From Lama glama (Eukaryota), in NCBI GenBank assembly GCA_028534125.1, contig CM052817.1:7938001-8002000 (forward strand): DNA of 64,000 nucleotides, in the 5' to 3' direction. Under the pieces are notes generated by a model. It was not told the DNA's origin, made no database searches, and saw only the letters and a program-made list of their open reading frames with translations. Numbering within the stretch: the stretch's first letter is position 1; every line of letters starts with the position of its first letter. This document shows positions 10,790 to 24,379 of the stretch, one piece after another. Both the position numbers and the translations under genes were made by a program.

Positions 10790-11330
10790 GCTGAAACAAA
10801 CTACTACAAATCTAGTGCCTTAAAACAATGCCCATGTATTATCTTACGGTTCTGTAAGTCAGGACGCTGGCTTACCTCCACTGGTTTCTCTTTTCCAGGT
10901 TTCCCAACGCCAAAGTCAAGGTGTCAGCCAGTCGGGCTCTAATAGGGTGGCTGTGGGAAGAGTCCACTTCCAAGCTACACCAGGCTGCGTGTGGGACTGA
11001 GGTTTCTGTTCCCCTGCTGGCTGTCAGGCAGGGGCTGGTCTTGCTCCTAGAAGCTGTGTGGGCCCCTCTAGCAACGTAGGTCAAATCCCCCTCACCTTCG
11101 AATGTCTCTGACTCCCCTTCTGTGGATTTTTGGACTGAAAACAGCTGAAGAAAGTTCTCTAATGATTAGCTTGTGAGCACATACAGAGTCCAATATGATC
11201 TCCGCACCATAAATTCTATGACCCCAGTGACATCTGCGAAGTCCCTTTTACTACGTAACATGACAAGTTCATTGCATACAGGGATGAGGATGAGGACATC
11301 TTTGGGGAGCCATTGTCCTGCCTACGACCG
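10790..11330 (-). mobile_element. MLT1-type ERVL-MaLR LTR
   Basis: CTTAAAACAA...TATTATCTTACGGTTCTGTAAGTCAGGA...GGACATCTTTGGGGAGCCATTGTCCTGCCTAC. Confidence 0.8.
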
Positions 11331-14300
11331 CAGGCTCATTAGACAGTGCTGAGTGGGACTTCAGGAGAGTGTGCCATCCTCCTTTTGCTTTATTTCCAAG
11401 CATTAGATAATTTTTTCTAACAACTTCCTAGCGTTATTATGAGGAGTAAATATATGAACTGGGCTGGGTGCAGAAATAAGTGCTACCTACTTAAGTGTAG
11501 CACTAAACTTCCCGTGCCTTGGTTTCCTCACCTGTTAGATTTGAGTAGTATCTGTGTCTTTCACAGGAGGTCATTGTAAAGAATTCAGAAGCTAACCCAT
11601 ATTAAGAATTAAGCACAGTATTCTACACATAGAGGAGGCTCAGGATGCCTTCGGTCTTGGTGAAGGAACCAACAATGTTGACCAACAGTAGTCCCACCCC
11701 CTGTGGGATGGAGGAAGAAGGGGCCAGCATCTCCCCTCTTCACCCACCCCCTTTGCTCCTGCATTTCAGGTGCAGATGGACGGATGGAAGCAAACCCACA
11801 GAGGCCCAGTGAGGACAACTTGGAGTGAGCAACGCCCTCCTTTGATGAGCGATCTGTCTCAAGTGAAATATCTCACATTTCCTCCCGTGGGGCAGAAGGA
11901 AAACGGGAACGTGCTGGACTGCGAGCCAGGAAGGCCAGAGGGAATGGAGGCTGGTGGAATGATGCCTTGGGGGTTTCCTGCCATGGAAACCAAAAAGGCC
12001 GTTGCAGGTTTAAAGTCATCCTCGGTAGCCTTTTGTGGTTTAAAATAAATGTGCAAGGGCAAATTCTTATTGGCCTCTTGTTAAATGCTGAACTCAAGAT
12101 CTTCGTATCTTGATCTTGTCTCGTTTATTAAGTCTTTCCTGCCTCTCAAGGAGGCATTGTCCCTCTGTCTTTTGTGTCCCTGCTGCACCCCCTGGAACAT
12201 CCAGTGGCAGTAATTCTGACACTTCATGGCACTCACTTTTGTTGCAGGTACAAGTCTCATGAGGGTCATTAATTGCATGTAGGTGAGAAATGTGCCTTTC
12301 TTGTCTGGAATTTAATGTAATTTCTATTCTGAGCCCCTGTTCCCTCCCTGAGGCTCACATCAGTCAATATAGGGTTTCCCGACCCTCTCTGCCAGCAACT
12401 TACGCACAACTTGAGGCTGACATAGAACCAAAGCTATAGGAGCTACAGAGGCTGGGAGCACAGCTGCTCTTCAGCTGCCACCGAACCACACCTTCTCAGG
12501 TGGCATATCCCGCATCCAAGAGGAGCCTCGGCAATTGGTTCCCGCAGGACAATCCTGGGTCTATCACATGTTCCACCCTGAGAGCAATTTTCCTCTAAGT
12601 CTGTGCTGTTCTGTGCACACAGAAGCATTTTGTGTGGAGGACTCGTCAAAGCCATCCCAGACCCATCACCCAGGTATCCCAGATAGCCATTTATATTCAA
12701 CTCATAAAGCTTTTTCTGGAAATAATCTCCGGGCACAGGTACACACACGCACACAGCCCTCAGCACCTCTCACTTCTTCTCCAGTCAGGGTGCAGCCAGC
12801 CAAGCCTGCTTCCTCAGCCCAGAAAAGCTGAGTGCACCCAGACTGGTCACATGGATAATCACTTAAAACTAATTACTCACTTGTGTCACAGAGATGGCCC
12901 CCAAACATCTGGTTCAGATAATCCACCCCCTTCCTCCCCCTCCTCCAGCCTGAAACGTTCTACCAAATGTTGCAGGAAAAAATACAACCTGTGCAGCGTC
13001 GCAGCTGGTCGATGACCCAACGCTGCAGGCTGACACCCGGGAACAAATCTGCACCCGGCAGAGAAGATCTGATTTCAGTGTGGTCGTTTTCCATGATTCA
13101 GAGCCGAACGCTCCTACTTCCTCCTTCTCCCTCACCCCAAGGGAAGAATTTCACCCTGAAATCAGACCCTAAACTCAAAGGAACTGGCACCAGGGAGGCT
13201 GCCCCAAGAACTTTGTGATACGGGCACTTTACGCTTTTCATGAAATCACTCCAAGGCACCTTACTCTGTTCATTTGTTTGTTTATTCAATAAACCTTTAT
13301 TAGTTAGGATCCCTAACACATGCCAAGCTAAGCCCAGGGTGGTAAACAGTAAGAATTTCAGGAAAAGTCTGAAAGATCACCTATTACAAGCCTCTCTTGC
13401 TATAGTCCCAGCGACACAGCTACTCAGGTGACATAGCCTGGTCTGGAACCTCTCACACCCACAGGGAAACTGAGGCCTGAGGCTCACAAGCACAGCTGGC
13501 TGAGGAGCTCAGCTCAGACACACAGACCTTCTCTCCAGCCTCTTTGAAGTTAACAGCCACCCCCAAGACCAAGGAGAAAACAGTAACTTCATTTTGCGCT
13601 GTCTTTTGTTATCGCAGCAACTCCATGCGTGCCAGAAAAGAGATCCTGGTAACTAACCTGGTTGCTCTTCAAAGGAATTTAAAAACGTCCAGACCCTCTA
13701 GGGCATTTGCCACGCTGAGATTTGTCTAAGACTTATCTGCAGCTGTTACTTGGCTTTTTCCTTTGAGGGCTTGCAAAGCACCTCAGTATTAGGGATGCCT
13801 GTGCTCCTTGCCTTCATTTTAATTCCAAACTCTCTTATGGTTCATCACATCTATTTCCCCTCTGGACCTGGAGTGCTGTCCCTTATCCCTGTCTTGGTTC
13901 ACACTCACAACCCCTCTCTTCACACTTTTCACAATTTTCTAACTGGGTTTTTAGCTTCCATCTACCACTGTCATTGAAACGAGCTTCATGAAATGCAAAT
14001 CTAATCAGAACCTTTGCCCACCCACCCCACTTAAGTCATCCTCCTCACGGCCTCCTCCAGCTAGAAATAATTCTGAAGAATTTCATTAGCAAGACCTTCC
14101 ACGATCTGGCACCAACTGACCTCACCAGCTTCACCCTCCATCAGTCCCCACATCCCTCCTCCCACCCCTACGATCTAGTGAAATTACATGCCACTCTATT
14201 CCCCACAACTGCTATCCTCTTTTGTGTTTTTATACCATCCCTCATACCCAGAACGCCTTCCTCCCACACCTCCACCTGGAAATCTCCAAGTCACCTTGTC

Positions 14301-17019
14301 GCTGTGTTGGTTAACTATTCACCATTGCCCTAAGAAAGTGCATTGTGATTTCCTCTACTCCTATATTTACCCATCTATCACATTGTTCGTGGTTTACCAA
14401 ACTAAGCCAAGAGTTCCTTATGGAACTAGGTGTTAGGAGCTGAATGGAGTTCATCATCCATTACTTATGATCTTGATACTATTATTTTATTGGTGACAAG
14501 ACTTGCATTTTTAATATCTCCATTTCTAATTCCTAACACAGTGCCATGGCATATAGTAAACACTCAAATTATGCCAGAGAGAGAGGGAGAGAGAGAGAGG
14601 AGGAAAGAAAGGGAAAAAGAAAGAGAAATAAAGGCAGGGATGCTAGTGGCCCCAGCTCACCTATAGTTTCTTTTCATTTCCTACCTCTACCCGCATCTGA
14701 CCGTAACACTGTGTGTTCATTGGGCCATTTCTTAACTTTGCGGTCCTCCAGGTGAAGGGGCTGGAGTGACATGTGCAGTGCGAGGCAGAATTTTTTTCCT
14801 ATATACTCCCGTCAAAGCCATCGATAAATTAGATGAGTGGTTTTGACATTTTCTGCCTACTTGCTGATCTAAGCCTCTAAATAGAGCCTCTACAGTCCTT
14901 TCTTACAGCCCATCTCAGTGTTTATAAGGTGGCAGAAGTTGTGGGGCTTACCTGTTGCTGGGCCAAGGTCAGATGGAGCAAAGCACAGCTTTATTAGACT
15001 TTGGAAAAGTTCCCAATAGGAGGCTCCTTCTCACATATACATGTCGTAGCTGGTAAAATACCTGCCAGCAGCTTCTAATCCCGCTGAAAGGGCGGCCGTG
15101 GCCAGTAACCCTCACCTAATACATCAACGTAAATCTCATTCCTATCCCCTTTTATTCCTTACACTTTCTCTCCACGGCTGGGCTGTACGAGGTCACCAGG
15201 AAATTGTTAGAATTCCCATCCCCCAGGGCCAAGGAACACACTTTACGTTTCATTTCTTGCTACTCAGACTCACCATGGTTGGGGATTGGGGGATTATGTT
15301 GGGGGCTCCTAGAACTAGGGGTACCTTAGAAATCAGCGATCCCAGTTTCTCACTTTACAATGGAGGAAACGGGGGTGGCGGGGGGTTGCAGTCTGCCAGG
15401 GAATGAGTGCTCTGCTCTCATTCAGCAGAAGTAAACTGGTTTAAAAAGCACCAGAAAGCTGCTACCCACCTGGCTTTGCTCCCTCTGGGCACCAGAATCT
15501 TGACTGAAATAGACAATTCTATTTGCAGCGCTCAGGAACGTCTACAGAATGAGATCCATAGAGATCTTTAACTCAAGACCTTATGACAACAGTGTTATTT
15601 CAAAAGCACTGACTTCATGCTCTAAAACAAAAACTAGCTGCATTTTTCTGGAATGATCATCGAGGCTTGTATTCCTACAAAAACAACCAGCTTTGAGCTC
15701 TTGCTAAGAGATGGATGGAAGTCCTGAGCTACAAAGAGTGAGGAAAGGCTCTCTGCTCTGGTCTGCTCTGAAGTCTGGTCTCCGTTCAGATGATGTTAAC
15801 CCTCTGAGGGCCCCACAAGGTTCTCCTCCCCCGTCATTGCCACTTCCTGTCCTGAGTCCAGGTCATATTTTCAGCTTCAGCTTGTGCTCTGCTCTAAGCT
15901 TCTCTGCTACAGCAATAAAAGACTAGTTTGACATTTGACAACTTTTTATGAAAACGTTAGTTGGGACGGGAGGGGATGGGTGTCCAACATACAAATGGAT
16001 TTGCTCCATTGGCTGGAAGCAGGGTGACTTGATATTTCCTGTGTAATATTAATAAACACTCACCCTAAGAGGAGCAGGCCAGGGTTTTTCCTGCTTAACC
16101 ATTTCATGACTCTGTTCCAAGGATGACATTGGCAGGGAGTAGTGAGTCCTTGGGGAGCTGTTGGGATTTCTTTTTTAATATAGCTTGATCTGATGCAATA
16201 ACTTTCAGGGAAATAATTTACCTAAATTAAAAGAGTGATTTTCCCCTGGACAGTGCTCTAAATCCCAGCCTAATGAGATTCAGTCCCTTCGAAAAAGATT
16301 CAATCTACCAAGTGTTAGACTCACAAGGCACTGAGCTAGAGACTTAGCATTACTATTATTTCATTTAATTCTCACAACCCTATGAGATGGATACTGTCGT
16401 GATTACTGTCTTATGAATAAAGATGCTAAGACTTAGAGAGGTTAAGCTGTGCAATATAATACATGTGTTAACAGGAAGAATTAGATCCACCTGGTGCTAC
16501 AGCCAATGCAGAGAATTTAATCATTGTACCAAAATGCTCAGGACCCATAGTAATGGACAGTGCTGTACCTTTGTGTTGCAAAGATGCTTTAAATACAAGC
16601 CAGCTTCTTAGAAAGCACTCTTCCCTGACTACCATTCAAGTTCCATCCTCTTCAGAACTGATGTGCAACCTCGTGCATCCTTTCATCTGTGCTATTGCTA
16701 AATCTCTTGTCTTCAGTCTTCCAAAGTCTCAACACTTTGGCAAGTTGGTTTCTTGGCAAAGCCGGAAGTGACAGTAGACTGTATTAAACCCCAGGGTTTA
16801 CCTGTGAAGGGGAAGGAGAGATCATGACTTGAGTGACTGAGTGAGAGTTACATCCTGAAGAAAGAGATTCATGTCTGAAAATTCAACTGAATGTCTTTAA
16901 AGCCTGGGACACAAACATATGAACCCAATTTGCCTCTTTCATATGCCCTTGAGTTTAAGTGTACCTTGGCTTCATGTTTCACACTCTCTAATTATTCCCA
17001 ATGCCAGGTCTTTATGCCT

Positions 17020-20000
17020 TTTCTACCTGATTCCATACTTCAGATTTGTTTTATTCTGCAGCTGTTGGATGGAGTGTTCTGTAGTGGTAGGTTAGATCTA
17101 CTTGATTTATAGTGTTGTTCAAATCTTCAATTTCCTTGTTGATCTTCCTTCTAAAGTTCTATTCATTATTCAAAGTGAAGTATTGAAGTCTCCAGCTATT
17201 ATTGTTGAATTGCTTATATCTTTCTTCAGTTCCGTCTGTTTTTACTTTATGTGTTTTGAGCTCTATTGTTAGGTTTACTTTCCATATACCTAGTGTTCAC
17301 AGCAGCATTATTTACAATAGTCAAGATATCAAAGCAATCTAAGTGCCTATCAACAGATGAGTGGATAAAGATGTGAGATATATATATATGTTTATGTAAA
17401 ATATATATGTGGTGGAATATTACTCAGCCATAAAAAAGGATAAAATTCTGCCATTTGCAACAATGTGGATAGGCCTAAATAGTATTATGCTTAGTGAAAT
17501 GTCAGAGAGAGACAAATACTCTTTTATATGTGGAATCTAAAAATTTTTTTTAATTGAATGTGTATAACAAAGCAGAAACAGACTCAAAGATATAGAGAAA
17601 CAAACTAGTGGTTACCAGTAGAGACAGGAAAGTTGGGAGGGGCAAGATAGAAGTGTAAGATTAAGAGACACAAACTATAAGCAAAAAGGATATATTGTAC
17701 AAGGCAGGGAAATATAGACATTATTTTGTAATAATTTTAAATGGAGTATAATCTATAAAAATACTGAATCACTGTATTGCATACCTGGAACTAATATAAT
17801 ATTATAAATCAACTATACTGACACACAATAAATAAATAAATATAGATTTAATTTAATTATATGTTTATAATTATTATAACTTTCTGGGAAATCAGCCCTT
17901 TTATCTACATATAATACCCTTATCTCTTGTAATAGCTTTTTTTTTCACTTAAAGTCTACTTTATCTAATATTATTATAGCCACTTAGCTCTCTTTTGTTA
18001 CTGTTTTCATGGCATCACTTTTTCAATCCTTTTACTTTCAACCTATTTGTGTCTTTAAATTTAAGTGTGTCTCTTGTAGACAGCATATAATTGAATTTTT
18101 TAAATCTATTCTGTCCATCTCTGTCTTTTAATTAGAATTCTTAACACATTTTACCTTCAATGTAATTACTGATTAGGTAGGATTTATGTCTGCTGTTTTG
18201 TTATTTGTTTTCTGTAAGTCTTATGTCCTTTTTATTTCTCTATCCTTAAATCATTGCATTCTTTTGTGTTAAATAGATATTTTTTAGTCTCATACTTTAA
18301 TTCCTTTGTTTCTTTCACTATTTTTTCCAGCCATTTTCTTAGTAGTTTCCCTGGGAATTACAATGTATTTTTTTAATTTATAATAATTTAGCTCAGATTA
18401 ATATCAACTTAATTTCAATAGTATACAAAACTTTGCTTTTCTATAACACCATTCTCTCACTCCTCCTTAGTGTTTTTATTGTCAAGCAAATTGCATCCTC
18501 ATACGATGTATGCCCATTAATACAGATATTTAATTACTGATTTATGCCATTGTCTTTTAAATCAGACAAGAGAAAAAGTTACAAACAAAAAATACATTTA
18601 TACTGTGTTTTATATTTACTCATACAGTTACCTCTGCTGATGTTCTGTATTTCATATACAGAATTTAAGCTACTCTCAGATGCCTTTTATTTCAGCCTGA
18701 AGGACCCCTTTAGTATTTTTATAAGGCAGATCTGTTATTGAAAAGTTTCCTCAGTTATGTTTATCTTGGAATGTCTTAATTTCACCTTCATTTTGGAAAT
18801 ATAGTTGTGTAGGGTAAAGTACTCTTGTTTGATATTATTTTCTTTCAGTACCTTGAATATGCCATCCCACTGCCTTCTGGACTTCATGGTTTCTGATGAG
18901 AAATCAGCTGTTAATCTTACTCAGGGTCCTTTGTACATGATTGGTCACTTCTCTTCTGCTGTTCTCAAGATCTTCTCATTATCTTTGATTATAATGTGTA
19001 AAAGTGTGTATCTCTTCAAGTTTAGCTTATTTGGAGTACATTAAGCTTCTTTGATGCATACATTAAAGTTTTTAAAATTATGTTGGGGAAGTTTTCAGCC
19101 ATTATTTCTTCAAATATTATTTCTACCCCTCCTTACTCCCCTACCCTATACATTCTTTTGAGACTCCTATTATATGTATGTTGGTATACTGGATGGGTGT
19201 TCCATGGGTCTCTCAGGCTCTGTTCATTTTTCTTCTTTTTCTTTTATGTTCTTCAGATGGAATAATTTCAATTACCTATCTTCAAGTTTCCTAATTTTTC
19301 CTTTTTCTCTGTGCAAATCTGATGTTGATACCCTGTAGTGAATTGTTCATTTCAGGTATTGTAATTTTCAACTTCAGAATTTCCACTTGGCTCCTTTTTC
19401 TAATTTTTCATTTTTTTATTGATATTATTTTGGTGAGACATCATTCTCATGCTTTCTTTTAGTTCTTGAGACATGCTTTCCTTAAACTCCTTGAATATAT
19501 TTTAAATAGCTGATTTAAGTTCTTTGTCTTTTAAGTTTAAAATCTAGGCTTCCTCAGTTTCTAGTGACTACATGTTTTCTGTGTAAGGACCACACTTTCT
19601 TGTTCTCTGCATATCTCATTTTTTTTTTATCAAAGCTGAATATTTTTTAAAATGTGGCAATTTTGGAAATCAGATTCTTCCCCTACCTGCCAACCAGGGT
19701 TTGTTGTTACTGTTTATAGTTGCTATCATTTGTTTAGTGACTCTACTGAACTAATTCTGTAACGCCTGTGTTCTTTGACATGGGTCAATAGTGAAGTCTC
19801 TACTTTGTTAGTTTAGTGGTCAGCTAATAATGAGACATAGATTTCCTTCAATTCCTGGAACCAATAAGTCCCCTAGTCTTTGCCAAAAAGTCCTGTGTGC
19901 ATGCTTAACATGCCCTCAACACTCAGGCAGTTAACAACTTCACCTTAGCCTTCAGTTTCCCCCTGAGAAGAACCTCAAAACCAGCCACAGATAAGAGCTT

Positions 20001-20640
20001 AGAGCCTTCTCATGTCTTTCTTGCATATGAGCTACTAGATTTTCAGGAATATGTCAAAGCTCTTGAAAGCTCTGTGTGAAGATCTTATTCTCAAGCTTTT
20101 CTTTTAAGCTTTTCAGTTAGCCCATTATTTGCCCAAATTGTTAGCTACTGTCTTAGGAAGCCACAATATTAAGCAATTGTCCTGTATTGTTTTCAACAAG
20201 TGCTGTGTGGTAAAGACTTTTTATGCTAAGCAAGCTAAGGACAGCCTTGAGAATGGAGTCTTCCAGGATACTACCAGACTAATTAAATAATGTCAATGCT
20301 CTGGAAATATGGTTTTGAAATGGTTCCAATCCTGTTTTGCGCCCTCTAGTGGATGACAGACTGCTAGTTTTCACTAATATTACAGGTTGTTAGTTTTCAA
20401 GGTTCCCATGGAGCTAAAAAAGAGGGAATGGAAAGAGGAAAAATTAAAATTCCACTGTTCATATCAAATTTTCATACCCAGATTCAGTTGTGTTTCTTGA
20501 ATAAATGCTCCTCAGGTTGCTTCAAGCCTTTAGTTAATTTCCACAGTTTTGAAAGAGTTAATTCTTACAGTTCTTGCCAGTGTTCTCAGGGCTTTTATGA
20601 AGGAAAGGATCTTCAGAGATTCTTATTCCATAATTTTTAC
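17020..20640 (-). mobile_element. Old L1 (L1M-type) fragment of about 3 kb (5' region, ORF1 and start of ORF2), interrupted by a younger L1
   Basis: T-rich antisense L1 hallmarks: TATTGAAGTCTCCAGCTATTATTGTTGAA, TCTTGTAGACAGCATATA, TTTCTGATGAGAAATCAGCTGTTAATCTT, TTGGGGAAGTTTTCAGCCATTATTTCTTCAAATA. Confidence 0.85.
17282..17842 (+). mobile_element. L1 3' end nested in opposite orientation within the older L1
   Basis: TGTTCACAGCAGCATTATTTACAATAG...GGAATATTACTCAGCCATAAAAAAG...AATCAACTATACT...(AAAT)n tail. Confidence 0.88.
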
Positions 20641-21169
20641 TAAGGTCCAATGCAGACTTATTTTATAATAATATTTCTTTGCTCTGTTTGACCCATTTGA
20701 GTTTATTGCTGCTCTGTTTCTACTCCTTTCCAGTTCCCTCATTCCCCACTTTCAAGCAAAACATATTTTTCTGCTTCAAATCTTTCAAATATTCCTTTAT
20801 TTCCATTGCCAATGGCTTTACCTAGAAGTTTTACCATCTCTCACCCAGATTACTCTGACAGTGTCCAAATTGGTTCCTTTGTAGCATATCTTATTCTCTT
20901 CTAATCTCTTCACTATTCTTCACAGTGTAGATTGATTATTTCAAAACATATGACTGTGTTTTCCCTTGCTTAAGCCCCTCCATTGAGCCACATCATCTAC
21001 AGGATAAAGTCCAGTTATCACCATGGCAGGGTATAAAATGCCCTCTTGATTTAGCCCTGAATCTCCACTCTGACCTAGCAGTTTTTACCCTAGCCATTTA
21101 CAAATATGCAATTCCTCATAAATTCTGCACTCTTTCATTGACATTTTTGTCTTTTGTTCTCCTAGTAGC

Positions 21170-21520
21170 TTAATTCATTCATTCAATGCACATTTTCTAA
21201 ATACCTACTCTATGTCAGGCCCTATGTGAGACATGTGGGGAAAGGAAATGAGCAAGACAGGCAAAGTTCCTCTCCCCATGGATGTAACATTGGAGGAAGA
21301 AACTGACAATAAGCAAATAAATTAATAAAAAACTGGATAATTACAGAATTCTGTAACTACATCAAGGGATGATAGTAACAGGAGAAACCTTCATTAATTG
21401 GTTTAGAAAGAAAAGTTCTCTCTAAAAAGTATTTGAGCTGAGACTTCAAGGATGACACAGCCGATAAGTCATGAGAAGAAAGACCGTACAAAATCCCTGA
21501 GACCAAAGTGAAACCCAGAT
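21170..21520 (-). mobile_element. L2 3' end
   Basis: TTCATTCATTCAA...TACCTACTCTATGTCAGGC, followed by typical antisense L2 sequence. Confidence 0.7.
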
Positions 21521-22397
21521 AGAGATTAAACTGGGAAAACCTGTCCCAGAGACTTCCACACATTCCAGTGAACACACACACATGCTCACACATGCGCACA
21601 CTTAACTAAGTTCCTCAAGTGAGTAAGTGCTGAATGGCCCGGCTGACAGATGGGAAATGCTTGCACAGACTCTGACAAGGGGAAGTCTGTGGGAAAAGGT
21701 GCTGTTATTTAGCTGGCCCACCCCTGCTGAGTGAGTCCAAAGTTTCCCTTGGATTCATTCCCACCTGAACTTCCACCCTTCTGAGCTAAAAAGGCCTTTA
21801 ACGTTCATGTTTTATACAAAGCAAGAGATGAGGATTAAGTAGCAGCTGCTTAGGGGTAGGTGTAGAGAAGAAACATATATATGCTTGGCTATAAAATGAT
21901 TATATTTTTAAAAAGAAACTTAAGACCCTCCATCCATGCTTCTCAGAGTTGTGATCCGGTTAAGGAGTGTTGGGTAAGCAAAGTGCTTTAAGAGAGATGG
22001 CAAGAGGAATGAGTAAGTGTTCCATGAGGAGGGTGACTCCAGAGGTGACAGACTCTTGCAGCTGAGCATCCAGTCCACAAACACAGACCCCGCTGACACT
22101 GAGGATTTCTTGTAGAAGTCGAACGACAGCCTGATGATCCTGAGAAATTCCTCCCGATGCTGGCACTGTCTGTATTTATTTATCTTATAAATAAATATTG
22201 AGTACCTACAACATGCCAACCCCTTCTCTAGGTCAAAAGATACATCACTGAACAAGTAAGAATCACTTGTAGAATTATATTCTAATAAGTAGAAAAATAG
22301 ACAATAAGTAAATAAATAGGAAACATAAAGAATGTGTCAAATGTTAGTAAGTGCTGTGGAGAAAAACTAAAGGAGAAAAAGGAATTAAGAAGGGGTT

Positions 22398-22850
22398 GCA
22401 CTGGACCTGTGGATTGCTTTGGGTAGTACAGCCATTTTGATGATGTTGATTCTTCCAATCCAAGAGCACAAGATAGCTTTCCATTTCTTTGTATCACCTT
22501 CAATTTCCTTCATCAATGTTTTCCAGTTTTCAAAGTATAGGTAACCTCTTTGGTTAAGCTTATTTCTAGGTATTTTGTTGTTTTTGATGCAGTGGAAATG
22601 TTTATGCCAATTGTAAAATTTTGGCTTTTGAAGTGAAAAGAATAAAAAAAGTGAATAAAGGGCCGCAAGTGGCAAAATATCCTTCTTTCTTATGGGTGAG
22701 TTGTATTCCATTATATATATATATATATATATGCTGCATCTTCTTTATCCATTCATCTATTGATGTGTGTTAAGGATGCTTTCATATATTGGCTATTATA
22801 AAGATTTTTGCTGTTAATAGTGGGGTACATATACCTCTTGGAATTCATTC
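22398..22850 (-). mobile_element. Two L1 ORF2 fragments in non-colinear order, inserted in an L2
   Basis: Minus translation [17 protein letters not shown] (ORF2 C-terminus) precedes [41 protein letters not shown] (internal ORF2). Confidence 0.8.
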
Positions 22851-23074
22851 TTATTTTATTTTGTGGTTGGCTTTATTCCTTTGATAACTATGTAGGTTTA
22901 AAAACCTAAAGCTCTAAACATTCTTAGAAACAATGAATAGTACATATATGTAAATAAAAAAAATGTGCAGTATATTGTGTATATGTATTTACATGCAATA
23001 TATTGTGTATGTGCAGTCAATGTAACAATTCTACCTAATAAAACAGAAAAATGGGGGGAAAAAAAGAAGGGCTA

Positions 23075-23480
23075 AGAAGTTCTGCTTCCAGCCAAGATGG
23101 ACTAACGTGAGCCATGTTTACCCTTCCACTTAAAACAACTAGACTATCTGGGCAAAATATATAAAACAATGGTTTTCAAGTCTTTGGATATCAGGTGATG
23201 AGTGATGGATGAGAGATAAGAAATAAAGTGAGCTTGCTACCTGGAGAGAGTTTCCAGGCTGGGTTGCCGGGAGGAGGAACACAGGTGGAGCCCAGCATAC
23301 TCTCTGATTTGAGAAGGTGGAGCTGAGATTCTGAGAAGACAAAGGCAGCTAGAGTTTTCAGGATAGAGTTCCAGAGAAGACAGCCATTCCGGAAACTCTG
23401 GCGATCTTCAAAGGGTCCACCTCAAGCATTTAGCAGATACTGGTCAGCATATTCATGTGAGGAAGCTACCCAAGGCTGGG
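23075..23480 (+). mobile_element. Probable old L1M 5'-end fragment
   Basis: CTTCCAGCCAAGATGG...AAAACAACTAGACTATCTGGGCAAAATATATAAAACAATGGTTTTCAAG resembles recalled L1M 5'UTR starts. Confidence 0.5.
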
Positions 23481-24379
23481 AAAAGAACAAGGAACATGTG
23501 CCTGGAGTGTTCAAGATGCAGCAAAAAGCCTGCTGTGGCTGTGGTGACCCAGGAGAGAACAGTAGGAGAAGAAATCAGAGAGTCTGAGGTACAGGGGGAC
23601 TGCTCAGGTAGGGACTTATAAACCATTGGAAGGACTTTGAGTTTTGCTCCAATGAGATGGGAGCCATGGGAGAGTTTTGAACAACAAAGTGGCATAATTT
23701 GTTTTATGCTTTAATTTTAAAGAACCACTCTGGAATTGAATGGAGAATAGATTTTAGAAGTAAGAGTAAAAGCAATGGAGCACTTTGGAGATTATTCTTA
23801 TAATCCAAGCAGGAATTCATGGTGGCCAAGACCATGGTATACCAGTGGAGGTGGTGAGAATATAGCAGATTCTGGCTGTCTTTTGGAAAAAAGCAACAAG
23901 ATTTGTTAATGGTTTATTCCAGAAAGTAAGACTGTCTTAATATTAGGAAATCTTTCAAGCAGACTTGACTTCTGTCTTATTCCTGGTTATCCATTCATCG
24001 ATGCCACAAGCAAACTTAGGGCTTTCTCAAAGAAAGACCAGTTGCCCTCTCTCTTTCTCTTTCACATGTCTTCTTTTAATGGGACTGGAGTGTAAAGATC
24101 TGAGACTTGGGTTCAGTTTGGGTTTAGTGAAAAAGAAGTAATAGTTCTCTTTTCAAACTTTAGTCTGAACCTAATTAGCTTAGGAAAAATTAGTGTTTTA
24201 TGTGGCCCAGCCTTGCCTTCCAGTTCTTTAAATTGGAATGTGATCCTCTTTGTAATTATTCTTTGTGCATATTTCCCCTTTAGGAACATTTTTAGGAGGG
24301 TGACAAAAACTTGAGATAGGATTGAGGTATTCCTGGTTCTTCTGACCAATTGCCATATTATTCCAGATCCACGTATTAT

